From a virus, in the UHGV virus genome UHGV-0142065: DNA of 30,526 nucleotides, one strand, 5' to 3'. The position numbers and the translations under genes are program-made. Under the pieces are notes generated by a model. That model did no database searches, was not told the origin of the DNA, and saw only the letters and a list, made by a program, of their open reading frames with translations. This document shows, piece by piece, positions 7,783 through 16,128 of this stretch (position 1 is the stretch's first letter; each line of letters begins with the position of its first letter).

Positions 7783-7827
7783 AATGATGAATAATTATCA
7801 AAATAACAAGAATTTATCAATAAAAAA

Positions 7828-8868
7828 ATGCCAACACGATTGATCAGAGACGGTATTCTGACTTCCGAACGCATCGCTTCTCTGTCATGGGAAGCGGAGG
7901 TGTTCTATCGCCGCTTGCTATCCTTGGTGGACGATTACGGCTTGTCCGATGCCAGACCTTCCGTTCTGCGTTCCGCTCTATACCCTCTCCAACTTGAGAA
8001 AATGAGTGAGTGCAATGTTCAACGCTGTCTTGCCGCGTGCGAGACGGCGGGGCTCATTCTGCTTTTTGCCAGGAATGGCAAATCATTTTTGATGGTGCGG
8101 GATTTCGGACAATCGCTCCGGTCTGCTCCAAAGTACCCGCTGCCAGACGGTTACAAGGCCATTCAGGTCGGCAAGAGTAAATACCAGTTGGTAACACCTG
8201 ATGACGATTGTTTGCAGCTGCAAACAGGTGAAAACAGTTGTGTACAGTTGTGTACTTATGCGGATGCGTATTCGGATGCGAAGACGGATAAACAAGAAAA
8301 CAATGCAGAGGGAAATACCACGGTGGTTTGTAGTAGTCCGCCCGCTGCTCCTGTGCTGCCTGCCCAGTCTTTCCCGAACCGGGAACGATTGAACGATGTC
8401 CGGGGGATGCGCTGCGCCGACAATCACGCGGACCTGGGGGCTTCCCCTGGAGCTGCACGGTTCATGGCTGCCACCCTTGAAATCAACCCGTCCTGGGGTC
8501 GGACGATACCAACCGCCATTGAGACGGCAGCCGCGCTTGAGGCGTACCAGTCCGCACAGGGGCGGGTTACTCCGCGGGACATGGAGATGCTGCGGGCCTA
8601 CTACGCTTCCGGGCTGACGCATGACCGGAGCAACAAGGCTTTTTGGCGGCCAGACAGCAGGCGCAAGTTCTGGGAGTGCTTCGGGGATGTGCTAACCCAT
8701 GCGGACCGCTGGGCCAAGGAAACGCGCTGGAAGTCGGTCGCCGCTCGCAAGAAGCCACAGCCGGAGCAAGCCCCGCAGCAGCCGGAAGGGCCCGTCGTGG
8801 ACACCGACACCGCCGCGGCTGAAATCCGGGGTTTGATGAAAGAAATAGGACTGGGAGGGGAAGCATGA
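7828..8868 (+). CDS. replication initiator / replisome-organiser-like protein (lambda O-like role, tentative)
   Basis: N-terminal domain resembles phage replisome-organiser N-termini. Iteron-like repeats lie in the central linker (8210-8289). Confidence 0.45.
   Translation: MPTRLIRDGILTSERIASLSWEAEVFYRRLLSLVDDYGLSDARPSVLRSALYPLQLEKMSECNVQRCLAACETAGLILLFARNGKSFLMVRDFGQSLRSAPKYPLPDGYKAIQVGKSKYQLVTPDDDCLQLQTGENSCVQLCTYADAYSDAKTDKQENNAEGNTTVVCSSPPAAPVLPAQSFPNRERLNDVRGMRCADNHADLGASPGAARFMAATLEINPSWGRTIPTAIETAAALEAYQSAQGRVTPRDMEMLRAYYASGLTHDRSNKAFWRPDSRRKFWECFGDVLTHADRWAKETRWKSVAARKKPQPEQAPQQPEGPVVDTDTAAAEIRGLMKEIGLGGEA
8210..8289. repeat. putative origin iterons inside the replication gene
   Basis: Perfect 16-bp palindrome gtttgcagctgcaaac (8210-8225); 10-bp tandem cagttgtgta x2 (8235-8254); tat(g/t)cggatgcg x2 (8257-8280) plus a third cggat at 8285, giving three cggat copies at 12-bp phasing. 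Confidence 0.5.
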
Positions 8869-8917
8869 AACAATCGGAACTGAAATTGATGTCCCTCACG
8901 CACCGGTGTGTGAGGGT

Positions 8918-10204
8918 TCACAGGTCCGGAAGCTTTTCAAGGGCCTGTGTAAACTCCTTAGCTCCAAAGTCGATATACCCCTCATGGACTTCCCGGGAGT
9001 CGTGCCCCACAATAGCTTGCACAAGGGCAGGGGGAACACCGGCATCATGCAACATAGTTGTTGCCGTATAGCGGAGACTGTGAAAGGACAGCTCATTGAC
9101 GTGGCGCCGGGTTTCCGTGCCGTTCCCTTCCTGCTTTTTATATTTCTTCCCCGCGGCTAAAGGGTCTTTGGTGATAAGGCCGCACTGATACAGGATGCGT
9201 CCAAAGATATTTGACAGACGGCCAGAGCCCTTGCTTTCAAAAATGTCCGCGCATTCCGGATGCAGGAATTCCCCTGGGGCTTCTTTCCTCCGCTGCTGCA
9301 GATGCTTTTTCAGTGCCGGGAAAATCGGAATCATCAGGGGCTTTCCCTTTTTTTGCGTGGTCATCCGGATAACGCCGCGTTTTCCGTCAACCTGGGACCA
9401 TCGGAGCGTTGCCACGTCTCCCAATCTTTGACCCCCCGTGTAGAGGCACGTTTTCACCATGGAGCGCCATTCCGGATTGCACGCGGCCATTACCTTTTCA
9501 AGCTCTTCTAGTTCAAATTTCCGGCGTTTGATGACCTTCCCCTTGTGCGGCTTGGCAATCGCCGTGAAGGGGTTTGTCTCGATGATCTTGTAGTCAACTG
9601 CTGCCTGGAATGCCGCGGAAACCAGAGTAAGGGCAATATTGGCGGTAGACGGAGAGACGCGGGACAGGAGATGATTTTTGAAATCATCCAGCATTAAGGG
9701 AGTGATGCGGTCCAGGGGTAGATTGATACGTTCCCCCATGGAGGCGCGGAACTTGTCAAAGGCTTGTTTGTAGTTGGCTATGGATGCGGGTTTGAGCCCA
9801 TTGCGTATAATGCGCTTCATGTGATCATCAAGCCAGGATTTAACAGAGGGCATCTCAATAGACTCTCCGGTTAACTCCGTAGACAAGGCAGAGATGGATC
9901 GCCGCAGTTGATAGGCTGGCAGGTTTGCCCGTGCAGTTGATTCAAGGGCGTCTGCCAAGCGTTGCGCCTTAGTCATAGCCTGTTCCTTTGTCAGTACGTT
10001 CAGCGCCTTTCCTACGGCCTCCGCGGCCTCTTTTACTTCCCTTGTTACTGTGGCAGGGGTATGTTCGATCTTGGTTGACAGCCTGACCAGCTTCCAGCCT
10101 GTGGCGGTTCGTACACGGTATTGTGCGTACCAGTACGGACTGTTCGGCTTTTTATAGATGGATGCCATGGATTTAGTGGTATCAATAGTGTGCTCTTTTT
10201 TCAA
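8918..10204 (-). CDS. int: tyrosine site-specific integrase
   Basis: C-terminal HSLRYTATTML ... IVGHDSREVHEGY carries the H-x-x-R ... Y catalytic signature; about 428 aa. Confidence 0.9.
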   Translation of the reverse strand: MKKEHTIDTTKSMASIYKKPNSPYWYAQYRVRTATGWKLVRLSTKIEHTPATVTREVKEAAEAVGKALNVLTKEQAMTKAQRLADALESTARANLPAYQLRRSISALSTELTGESIEMPSVKSWLDDHMKRIIRNGLKPASIANYKQAFDKFRASMGERINLPLDRITPLMLDDFKNHLLSRVSPSTANIALTLVSAAFQAAVDYKIIETNPFTAIAKPHKGKVIKRRKFELEELEKVMAACNPEWRSMVKTCLYTGGQRLGDVATLRWSQVDGKRGVIRMTTQKKGKPLMIPIFPALKKHLQQRRKEAPGEFLHPECADIFESKGSGRLSNIFGRILYQCGLITKDPLAAGKKYKKQEGNGTETRRHVNELSFHSLRYTATTMLHDAGVPPALVQAIVGHDSREVHEGYIDFGAKEFTQALEKLPDL

Positions 10205-10281
10205 GTTGTAACATCATGTTTTAGGATGTTCTCCTTCTTTCTGAAATCGCACAAGACCTTTATTTAAAGGGATATAAATAC

Positions 10282-10313
10282 AAAAAGACCGCCTCCAAAG
10301 AGACGGCCTTTTT
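10282..10313. terminator. bidirectional terminator-like hairpin flanked by an A5 and a T5 run, upstream of int
   Basis: aaaaa gaccgcctc caaa gagacggcc ttttt: 7 of 9 stem pairs. Confidence 0.35.
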
Positions 10314-10721
10314 GTTAAATCTGGTAGCCCTATGAGGACTTATAGCATTTATATACAATGATATATTTTTTAGTGTGTTCATAATTGTGATAATGTTGAG
10401 CACATGAGAGGGGATAACGATTGCGTGATATACTGGACACGCAGAGAGCGGGAGAACTGCAATGTAGTCCATTGGTGGGGGATATGGGGGAATGTCATTA
10501 AAGCGGTGCATAATGGGCCGGAATGAGCTGGAAATAGACCGAAAAAGGGAGTCTCCTTGAGCTTGGAGCCCCGAACTGGGTTAAGGGTCATCTGTGTTTT
10601 TGTGTGCATGGTGTTGCAAAATTTCATACAACCATTCCAATAATGCAACGGGAAAAGTACAAAAGGAATGATAATCCGCGGCTCTCCCCTGTGAAGGAAA
10701 ACGCAACGGGGCCGCATTTGT

Positions 10722-11000
10722 ATGTTACGGATTGCAAAAGCTCTTTATGCCTGGGGGATGGTGGATGCCGACGAGCGCATACTACGCTTGAAAGAGGCTT
10801 TAGATAAGGCTGTTGAAGACATAATTGAAAACCAAGGGAAGGAAATCACTCAAGGGAATGTGGGTGATAGCTCATTCCAGTTCGCGCCAGGCTCCATGAC
10901 TGTTGACTTGTGGGTTGAAGCCTTGGGGCTGGCTATCCGCTCTCTTGAGCATGGCCGGTTTGAAGGAGGGAACAACGTTGCAAGGGTGGTGTTCCGATGA
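10722..11000 (+). CDS. gpW-like head completion protein (tentative)
   Basis: Small ORF immediately upstream of, and overlapping, the portal gene as in lambda W-B. The ERILRLKEALDKAVEDII ... GSMTVDLWVEAL pattern loosely resembles gpW. Confidence 0.35.
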   Translation: MLRIAKALYAWGMVDADERILRLKEALDKAVEDIIENQGKEITQGNVGDSSFQFAPGSMTVDLWVEALGLAIRSLEHGRFEGGNNVARVVFR

Positions 11001-12397
11001 AGGCGGGGAATGTTCAGATTTTAGACCAGTTCGGGTGCCCGTTCTCAAGCCGTCCCATTTACAAAAGCGGCAGTTATGATGATGGCTTGCAACGATTGCC
11101 GAATTACCTCAAGGAGCCGGAACAGCTTTCCGGACGCCTTACCCGGAAGAACCTCATTTCCGCGTCCCGTCTGTTGTACAAGAACAACGGCGTTGTAAAA
11201 GGCGCCGTGAACATGAAGGCTGAATACTCTATAGGTAAAGCGTTTCTGTTCAAATCTTTGTGCAAGAATCCGGAAGTTGCAGCGAAGTATGACGAGTACA
11301 TCAAGGCGTTTTACAAAGTTGCATGCGTGAACGGAAAGAATTTTCACTCGCTCCTGTATCTGATCTCCACCGCCATCGACATTGACGGGGATTGCTTTGT
11401 AATGTTGACGGAGAGCAAGACAGGGTTTCCTCAACTGCAATTTATCCGGGCAAACCGGGTGTGCTCTCCTAAAGATGGCCTTATTGACTCTGGAAAATAC
11501 AAGGGGTTGAACGTGCTGCACGGTGTCATAACTAACCGCATGGGGCGTGAAATCGCCTATTGGCTGGACGGTGATGAACCGGGAGGCGGCGAGATAATTC
11601 CGGCGTCCTCAATGCTGCATTTAGTTGACGATGATTTTCTTGCCACTTGCCGCGGGGAACCTCTCTTTTCACATGGACTCAAGGAATTCCGCTATATTGA
11701 TGACATCAATGTTTCCGAACTTGGGGCTATGAAAATTGCCTCACAGATCGCCCTGGTAAAAAAGAATGAAACGGGAGAAGTTGACATAGCACAGGCTTAC
11801 AGCAAACCGGGCAATAATGGTGAGGTTGTTGTACGCAATACAGGAGACAAGCAAATTGTGTTTTTGAAGTCTGAAGACTCCCTTGACTCCCTAAAGATTG
11901 AGCGCCCCTCCCCGAACTACATGAGCTTTTCGGAACGGCTCTTGAAGGGTGTCTTGTCCGGGGTAGGGGTGCCCTATGATATTGTGGTCAATCCAGACTC
12001 AAGCGGCGTTGGGAATAGAATGTCCCTGTCCAAATTCGATAACACCACGCGGGACCGGGCCACGCTGCTTGAAGATGCCGCCATACTGCTTGTACAGTAT
12101 GTCTTGGCCGTAGGTATACAGCGGGAGGACATCCCGCACGCGGTAGGCTGGTGGAACATGATGTTCAGCCGCGCCAAGCGTCCAAGCGTGGACATGGGGC
12201 GCGACTCCAACAGTCAGTTGAAAGAGTACAATGCCGGCATTAAAAACCTCACAGAAATCTGTGAGGAAAACGGAACGCAGGTTGAGGACCATTTGAGAAT
12301 ACGCGCCAGGGAAGCCGCCATTGCGGAGAAGTTGCGCCGTGAAGCTGAAGCAGAATTTGGGGTAGAAATCTCTCCGGATTATATCAGGAAATTTTAA
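10997..12397 (+). CDS. portal protein (lambda gpB-like family)
   Basis: 466 aa, followed directly by an S49 protease gene; position and size fit a portal. Confidence 0.7.
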   Translation: MKAGNVQILDQFGCPFSSRPIYKSGSYDDGLQRLPNYLKEPEQLSGRLTRKNLISASRLLYKNNGVVKGAVNMKAEYSIGKAFLFKSLCKNPEVAAKYDEYIKAFYKVACVNGKNFHSLLYLISTAIDIDGDCFVMLTESKTGFPQLQFIRANRVCSPKDGLIDSGKYKGLNVLHGVITNRMGREIAYWLDGDEPGGGEIIPASSMLHLVDDDFLATCRGEPLFSHGLKEFRYIDDINVSELGAMKIASQIALVKKNETGEVDIAQAYSKPGNNGEVVVRNTGDKQIVFLKSEDSLDSLKIERPSPNYMSFSERLLKGVLSGVGVPYDIVVNPDSSGVGNRMSLSKFDNTTRDRATLLEDAAILLVQYVLAVGIQREDIPHAVGWWNMMFSRAKRPSVDMGRDSNSQLKEYNAGIKNLTEICEENGTQVEDHLRIRAREAAIAEKLRREAEAEFGVEISPDYIRKF

Positions 12398-12401
12398 CGT
12401 T

Positions 12402-13145
12402 ATGAAACCGTTATATTGTGAAGAAACTGCATGGCTGGCGAGTATGCGCCAGCGGAAGAACCTTGAACCGAAAGCCGCGGGGAACCCGGATTTTGACTTC
12501 TCTTTTTTCATCCAGACGCGCCAGAAAGCGCGGGTAATTGGGTCATCCCTGGTGATTGACGTAATAGGGCCCCTGTACGGTGACGGCGTGCCGTTGAATG
12601 AAGCCCTTGGCGGCACAAATTATCAATCCATCGTGGAGGAAATAAAGGCTGCTGCCGGAAACATTGACGAAGTGATTTTCGTCTTTGACTCTCCGGGAGG
12701 AGACGTTCAAGGCTGCCATGAAACAGCGGAATTGATTAAATCCCTGCCCGTGGAAACCGTGGCTTATGTCAAAGGCATGTGCTGCTCTGCCGCCTATTAT
12801 TTGGCTTCGGCTTGTGATCAGGTGATCGTGACGGAAACGGCGCTGGTTGGCAGTATCGGAACTGTCATCAGCCTCTGGAATGCCAAGAGCGAGGAAATAT
12901 TGACCATCACGAATGATGATGCTGTTTTCAAACATCCGGAAACCCCAATGAACGCGGAGGCAATCGCCTATTACAGGGATTTGTGCAACAAGATCGCCGG
13001 ACGGTTTCAGGAGTTTGTGGTTTCCGGACGCCCCGGACTTTCTGCGGATGCTTTTTCCGGCAAGGTCTTTGTGGTGGAAGATGCTGCCTCCCTGGGCCTG
13101 ATTGATGATGTAATGCCCTGGGTTGATTTTCCCGGTGCAAATTAA
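12402..13145 (+). CDS. S49-family (SppA/lambda gpC-like) prohead protease
   Basis: FVFDSPGGDV and GMCCSAAYYLASACD resemble the S49 SPGG and catalytic-Ser motifs. Confidence 0.85.
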   Translation: MKPLYCEETAWLASMRQRKNLEPKAAGNPDFDFSFFIQTRQKARVIGSSLVIDVIGPLYGDGVPLNEALGGTNYQSIVEEIKAAAGNIDEVIFVFDSPGGDVQGCHETAELIKSLPVETVAYVKGMCCSAAYYLASACDQVIVTETALVGSIGTVISLWNAKSEEILTITNDDAVFKHPETPMNAEAIAYYRDLCNKIAGRFQEFVVSGRPGLSADAFSGKVFVVEDAASLGLIDDVMPWVDFPGAN

Positions 13146-13168
13146 AAGCGCAACGCCCCGCAATAAGT

Positions 13169-13558
13169 ATGGCACTATTCAAGTCTGATCAAAATATCGT
13201 TGATGCGCTCAAACAAGAGCTTGCCCCTCTTGGGGCAGAAATGAGGGATGGAATTACAGTAATCCAATCCTCTATTAAATCTCTTTGTGAGCGTGTCGAA
13301 GCCCTGGAAAAGGAGAATGTCAAGCTCCACGCATCCGTTGCCCTCAAGAAAAACCAGCTTGAGGAAGAAGCCGATACGAAGGCGAGCCAGAAGGCCGCGG
13401 AAATGGTGTCTGGCATGGGGCATAAAGCCGTAGTGGATAAGCCGGAAGACGGCGAGGAAACCCCCTCTATCCTGGAGCAGTACACGGCGCTTTCCGGAGA
13501 TGAACAGCGGAAGTTTTATGCAGCCCATAAGGATGAATTGATGAAACTTTGTAAGTAA
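13169..13558 (+). CDS. scaffolding-like coiled-coil protein (tentative)
   Basis: Acidic heptad-rich 129-aa ORF between protease and capsid genes. Confidence 0.4.
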   Translation: MALFKSDQNIVDALKQELAPLGAEMRDGITVIQSSIKSLCERVEALEKENVKLHASVALKKNQLEEEADTKASQKAAEMVSGMGHKAVVDKPEDGEETPSILEQYTALSGDEQRKFYAAHKDELMKLCK

Positions 13559-13598
13559 ACAACACACAATATTAACAATCAAACTATTATTTACGATT

Positions 13599-14435
13599 AT
13601 GGCACTTTCTGATGCACAAAAGGTAGCTATCCACGGAGAAGTTATTACCTCTTTACGCAAGGCACTAGTTCCGCTCGAATTTCTCAAGAAAGATTTTCGC
13701 ATGGAATATGCCTCCCAGATTAAATTTAAAGATATTAAGGCATCTGGTGAAGTAGTGGAGAATCCTACGTCTTACCAGAACGATAAGGAAAACGACGGTA
13801 ATTTGATTCCGCTCTCTCTTACCGAACTGCATCAAGCTTGGCGAATTACTACGGCTGAAAAGCGTAATGGGTGGAAGTTGGCCGATCTGGCAAAGACAAA
13901 TTCTATTGCTTTTGCCAATGATTTGCACAAGCGTATTATGTCTCTTATTCCGGCGAGCGGAGCAAAGACCATTGGGACCGCTGATAAATTCAACAAGCGC
14001 GGCTGCATCAATTTAAGCGGGGATATTGAATCTGATGAACCCAGGCTGTTATTGACTCCCGATTATTACCGGGCCATTCTTCCGGAAAACACTACGGAAT
14101 TTAAGCTTGATGGAGGCGCCTATGGGTTTGAGTCCATCCACAAAGCAAAAGCTTCCGTCTTTTCGAAAGATGTTGTGGGCGTGGCTTACGAAGGCGGGGC
14201 GATCGCCGTAGGTTCCGCCATCCCGGAAATTGATGATGATCTCAAAGATGACATCAATTGGGAGCTTATCACTATTGATGGCCTTGCAGGGCTGACGGTG
14301 ATGTTCTGCAACTGGATTGACCGCAATACCCGCGCAGAATGGGCCTCCCTGGGCCTGATGTTCGGCGCCAAGATACTTGAGCCGGATAAGGTGAAAGGGT
14401 ACGTTGCCGCTGCTGTCACGCCTCCTGAAAGCTAA
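13599..14435 (+). CDS. major capsid protein (positional call)
   Basis: 278-aa ORF after the protease/scaffold, followed by the strongest intrinsic terminator in the window. Confidence 0.55.
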   Translation: MALSDAQKVAIHGEVITSLRKALVPLEFLKKDFRMEYASQIKFKDIKASGEVVENPTSYQNDKENDGNLIPLSLTELHQAWRITTAEKRNGWKLADLAKTNSIAFANDLHKRIMSLIPASGAKTIGTADKFNKRGCINLSGDIESDEPRLLLTPDYYRAILPENTTEFKLDGGAYGFESIHKAKASVFSKDVVGVAYEGGAIAVGSAIPEIDDDLKDDINWELITIDGLAGLTVMFCNWIDRNTRAEWASLGLMFGAKILEPDKVKGYVAAAVTPPES

Positions 14436-14463
14436 TTTTTTTTGCATTAACTGCTGGTGTTCA

Positions 14464-14493
14464 CCGTCCCGGACTTGTCCGGGGCGGTTTTTT
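14464..14493 (+). terminator. rho-independent terminator after the capsid gene
   Basis: ccgtcccgga cttg tccggggcgg: 10-bp stem with one G-U pair, followed by a T6 run at 14488-14493. Confidence 0.7.
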
Positions 14494-14514
14494 GTGCAAC
14501 GCCCCGCCATTTAT

Positions 14515-14814
14515 ATGAGATTCACAGATGCGGCTAACGCCGCGCACCGGCGCATAAATCAGGTATTACCACAGGCGGAAATTGCCTACCAGGGGAAGAC
14601 ATACCAGGGGTACATGAATTCCCGTGACGTAACCCTTGAACGCCAGGAGGGGGGGTATTGCAACCAGCGGGACCGCATCATTCACATTCAAACGGGGGAC
14701 TCTTTCCAGGTAGGGGGCCGCGTGGAATGTGAGGGGATGAAATTCAAGATTACCGCCGTTACAAGTAATTGTGTTTATAGGGTATTAACTTTATCGGTTG
14801 ATTTGTATGATTAA
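14515..14814 (+). CDS. head-tail joining / head closure-like protein (tentative; start uncertain)
   Basis: ~100-aa ORF directly after the capsid terminator. The Gly/Gln-rich beta-type sequence resembles HK97-type connector proteins. Confidence 0.35.
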   Translation: MRFTDAANAAHRRINQVLPQAEIAYQGKTYQGYMNSRDVTLERQEGGYCNQRDRIIHIQTGDSFQVGGRVECEGMKFKITAVTSNCVYRVLTLSVDLYD

Positions 14815-15547
14815 ATGCAACGTGGAAGGGCTCGACAAAGCTATCAGGGACGGGCACAAAAATATTCAGCGTTTCGGTAGGCTGTTCCTGGACATGTACG
14901 CATCCAATGTGGCCCGCGGTATGTGCTTCAATGCGACTCTCCCACTCGGGAAAAACCGGAAATCCAAGGTGGCCGGGCGAAAGTCCGGGGAAGGTTCTGC
15001 CAGCCGTGACATTGCGCGGGCTGTGGGCGCCCCTGGGAAGGCTTACAGGATGTTCAAGGAACGTGATCCGGTAATGGCTCGTCCCGTGTATGCTATGCTC
15101 CGGCAGAAGAAAGAACAGGAAGCCCAGCAAGTAGCATTTGACAGCGGCGTTCCGGTGACGTTTTACGCCAGTTTCACGAAACGCATGCATAAGGACGCCC
15201 GGCGCCGCGGAACGGTGGACGCCATTACCGGGCGCGTTACGTCAGACAGCCGGGGACTCAAAAAGTACCGCATGGAGGTGTTTAAGCACATAGGCAAGGC
15301 AAAATCTGGCTGGACATGGCCCACCTCTTACGGATGGCAAGCGACGGGACGTCTTCCCCAATGGATTACGCGGCACGGCTTGAACGGCATATACAGGCGC
15401 ACCGGGGATTCCGTGGAAATAATCAACCCTGTACCGTATGCCAAGGAAGCCATGATTGAACGCTTGTTCCCGCTTGTTTATTCTAACGCATTAACCGCCA
15501 CTAACTTAAAACTGCACCATGAATGGAAAAGGATAAATAAATCATGA
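14807..15547 (+). CDS. hypothetical basic neck/structural protein
   Basis: ATG 14807 inside the ORF-track frame that starts at TTG 14798; overlaps neighbours at both ends. Confidence 0.45.
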   Translation: MIKCNVEGLDKAIRDGHKNIQRFGRLFLDMYASNVARGMCFNATLPLGKNRKSKVAGRKSGEGSASRDIARAVGAPGKAYRMFKERDPVMARPVYAMLRQKKEQEAQQVAFDSGVPVTFYASFTKRMHKDARRRGTVDAITGRVTSDSRGLKKYRMEVFKHIGKAKSGWTWPTSYGWQATGRLPQWITRHGLNGIYRRTGDSVEIINPVPYAKEAMIERLFPLVYSNALTATNLKLHHEWKRINKS

Positions 15548-15879
15548 TTGTTGATGACATTGTAAAACACCTACGGAATTCCGGATTTACTGCCTACAAG
15601 GCCGGAAATGAAGAAGATTTAGAACGCAAGCCCTGCGTGGTGGTGGAGATGACGAGCCGCACGCAGCCATGGTTTCCGCTGCCCGCCTGGGATTATACGC
15701 TTTCCGTTGCCCTGATCAATAACCGGTCTGACTCGGAAGCGGAAGAAAAGCTTGTGGAAGCCTTGGGCCGGATGGATTGCGGCGAACGGTGCGACTTTTT
15801 CAACCTGATTGATTCTTCATCCGCGCTGGACGGGGATGATTGGGTAACAACCTGGACAGTGCGCTATATCGAAAGATGA
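15544..15879 (+). CDS. tail terminator / tail completion-like protein (tentative)
   Basis: 111 aa; N-terminal MIVDDIVKHLRNSGFTAYKAG ... KPCVVVEM pattern resembles gpU/DUF3168-type proteins. Last gene before the tail module. Confidence 0.35.
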   Translation: MIVDDIVKHLRNSGFTAYKAGNEEDLERKPCVVVEMTSRTQPWFPLPAWDYTLSVALINNRSDSEAEEKLVEALGRMDCGERCDFFNLIDSSSALDGDDWVTTWTVRYIER

Positions 15880-16012
15880 TTTATATAATATTTTGACAAT
15901 CAATCTAATATACAAAACTTATTCGTAGAAATATCTTGCAAAAAGTTTAGTTTTTCTTCATACTCGCCTTGCCCGGTTGGTCCGGGATTAAAAAAGGAGG
16001 TGTAACATGTAA

Positions 16013-16069
16013 ATGAAGTATGAATTATTAACGCGACTGATTGAACTTCTTATAGTTCTGTTCAGCTAA
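16013..16069 (+). CDS. 18-aa hydrophobic mini-ORF (MKYELLTRLIELLIVLFS), preceded by a consensus SD and an ATG-TAA start-stop (16007-16012)
   Basis: AAGGAGG 15994-16000; its stop codon lies 7 nt before the terminator hairpin. Confidence 0.25.
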   Translation: MKYELLTRLIELLIVLFS

Positions 16070-16075
16070 AAGAAA

Positions 16076-16103
16076 GCCCCGGCCTGCTTCACCAGGCCGG
16101 GGC
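16076..16103. terminator. strong hairpin terminator between head/neck and tail genes
   Basis: gccccggcctg cttcac caggccggggc: perfect 11-bp GC stem. The T-rich tract is stronger on the minus strand (tttcttttag). Confidence 0.6.
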
Positions 16104-16128
16104 GATTGTTTAGAAGGTGAACATGTGA

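Noticed and set aside
8865-9071. 68-aa plus-strand ORF starting at the stop of the replication gene
   Set aside because: It lies almost wholly antisense inside the integrase C-terminal catalytic region. Its composition is Cys/Arg-rich and junk-like. It is the antisense frame of a confident gene.
10260-10717. Two minus-strand ORFs (83 and 112 aa) in the int-portal spacer, considered as a possible excisionase
   Set aside because: Translations are low-complexity (Pro/Ile/His-rich) with no HTH. No SD, and they overlap each other. The region is better treated as non-coding att/regulatory DNA.
12543-13175. 210-aa minus-strand ORF over the S49 protease gene
   Set aside because: Antisense to a gene with clear S49 motifs. 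Likely an open antisense frame.
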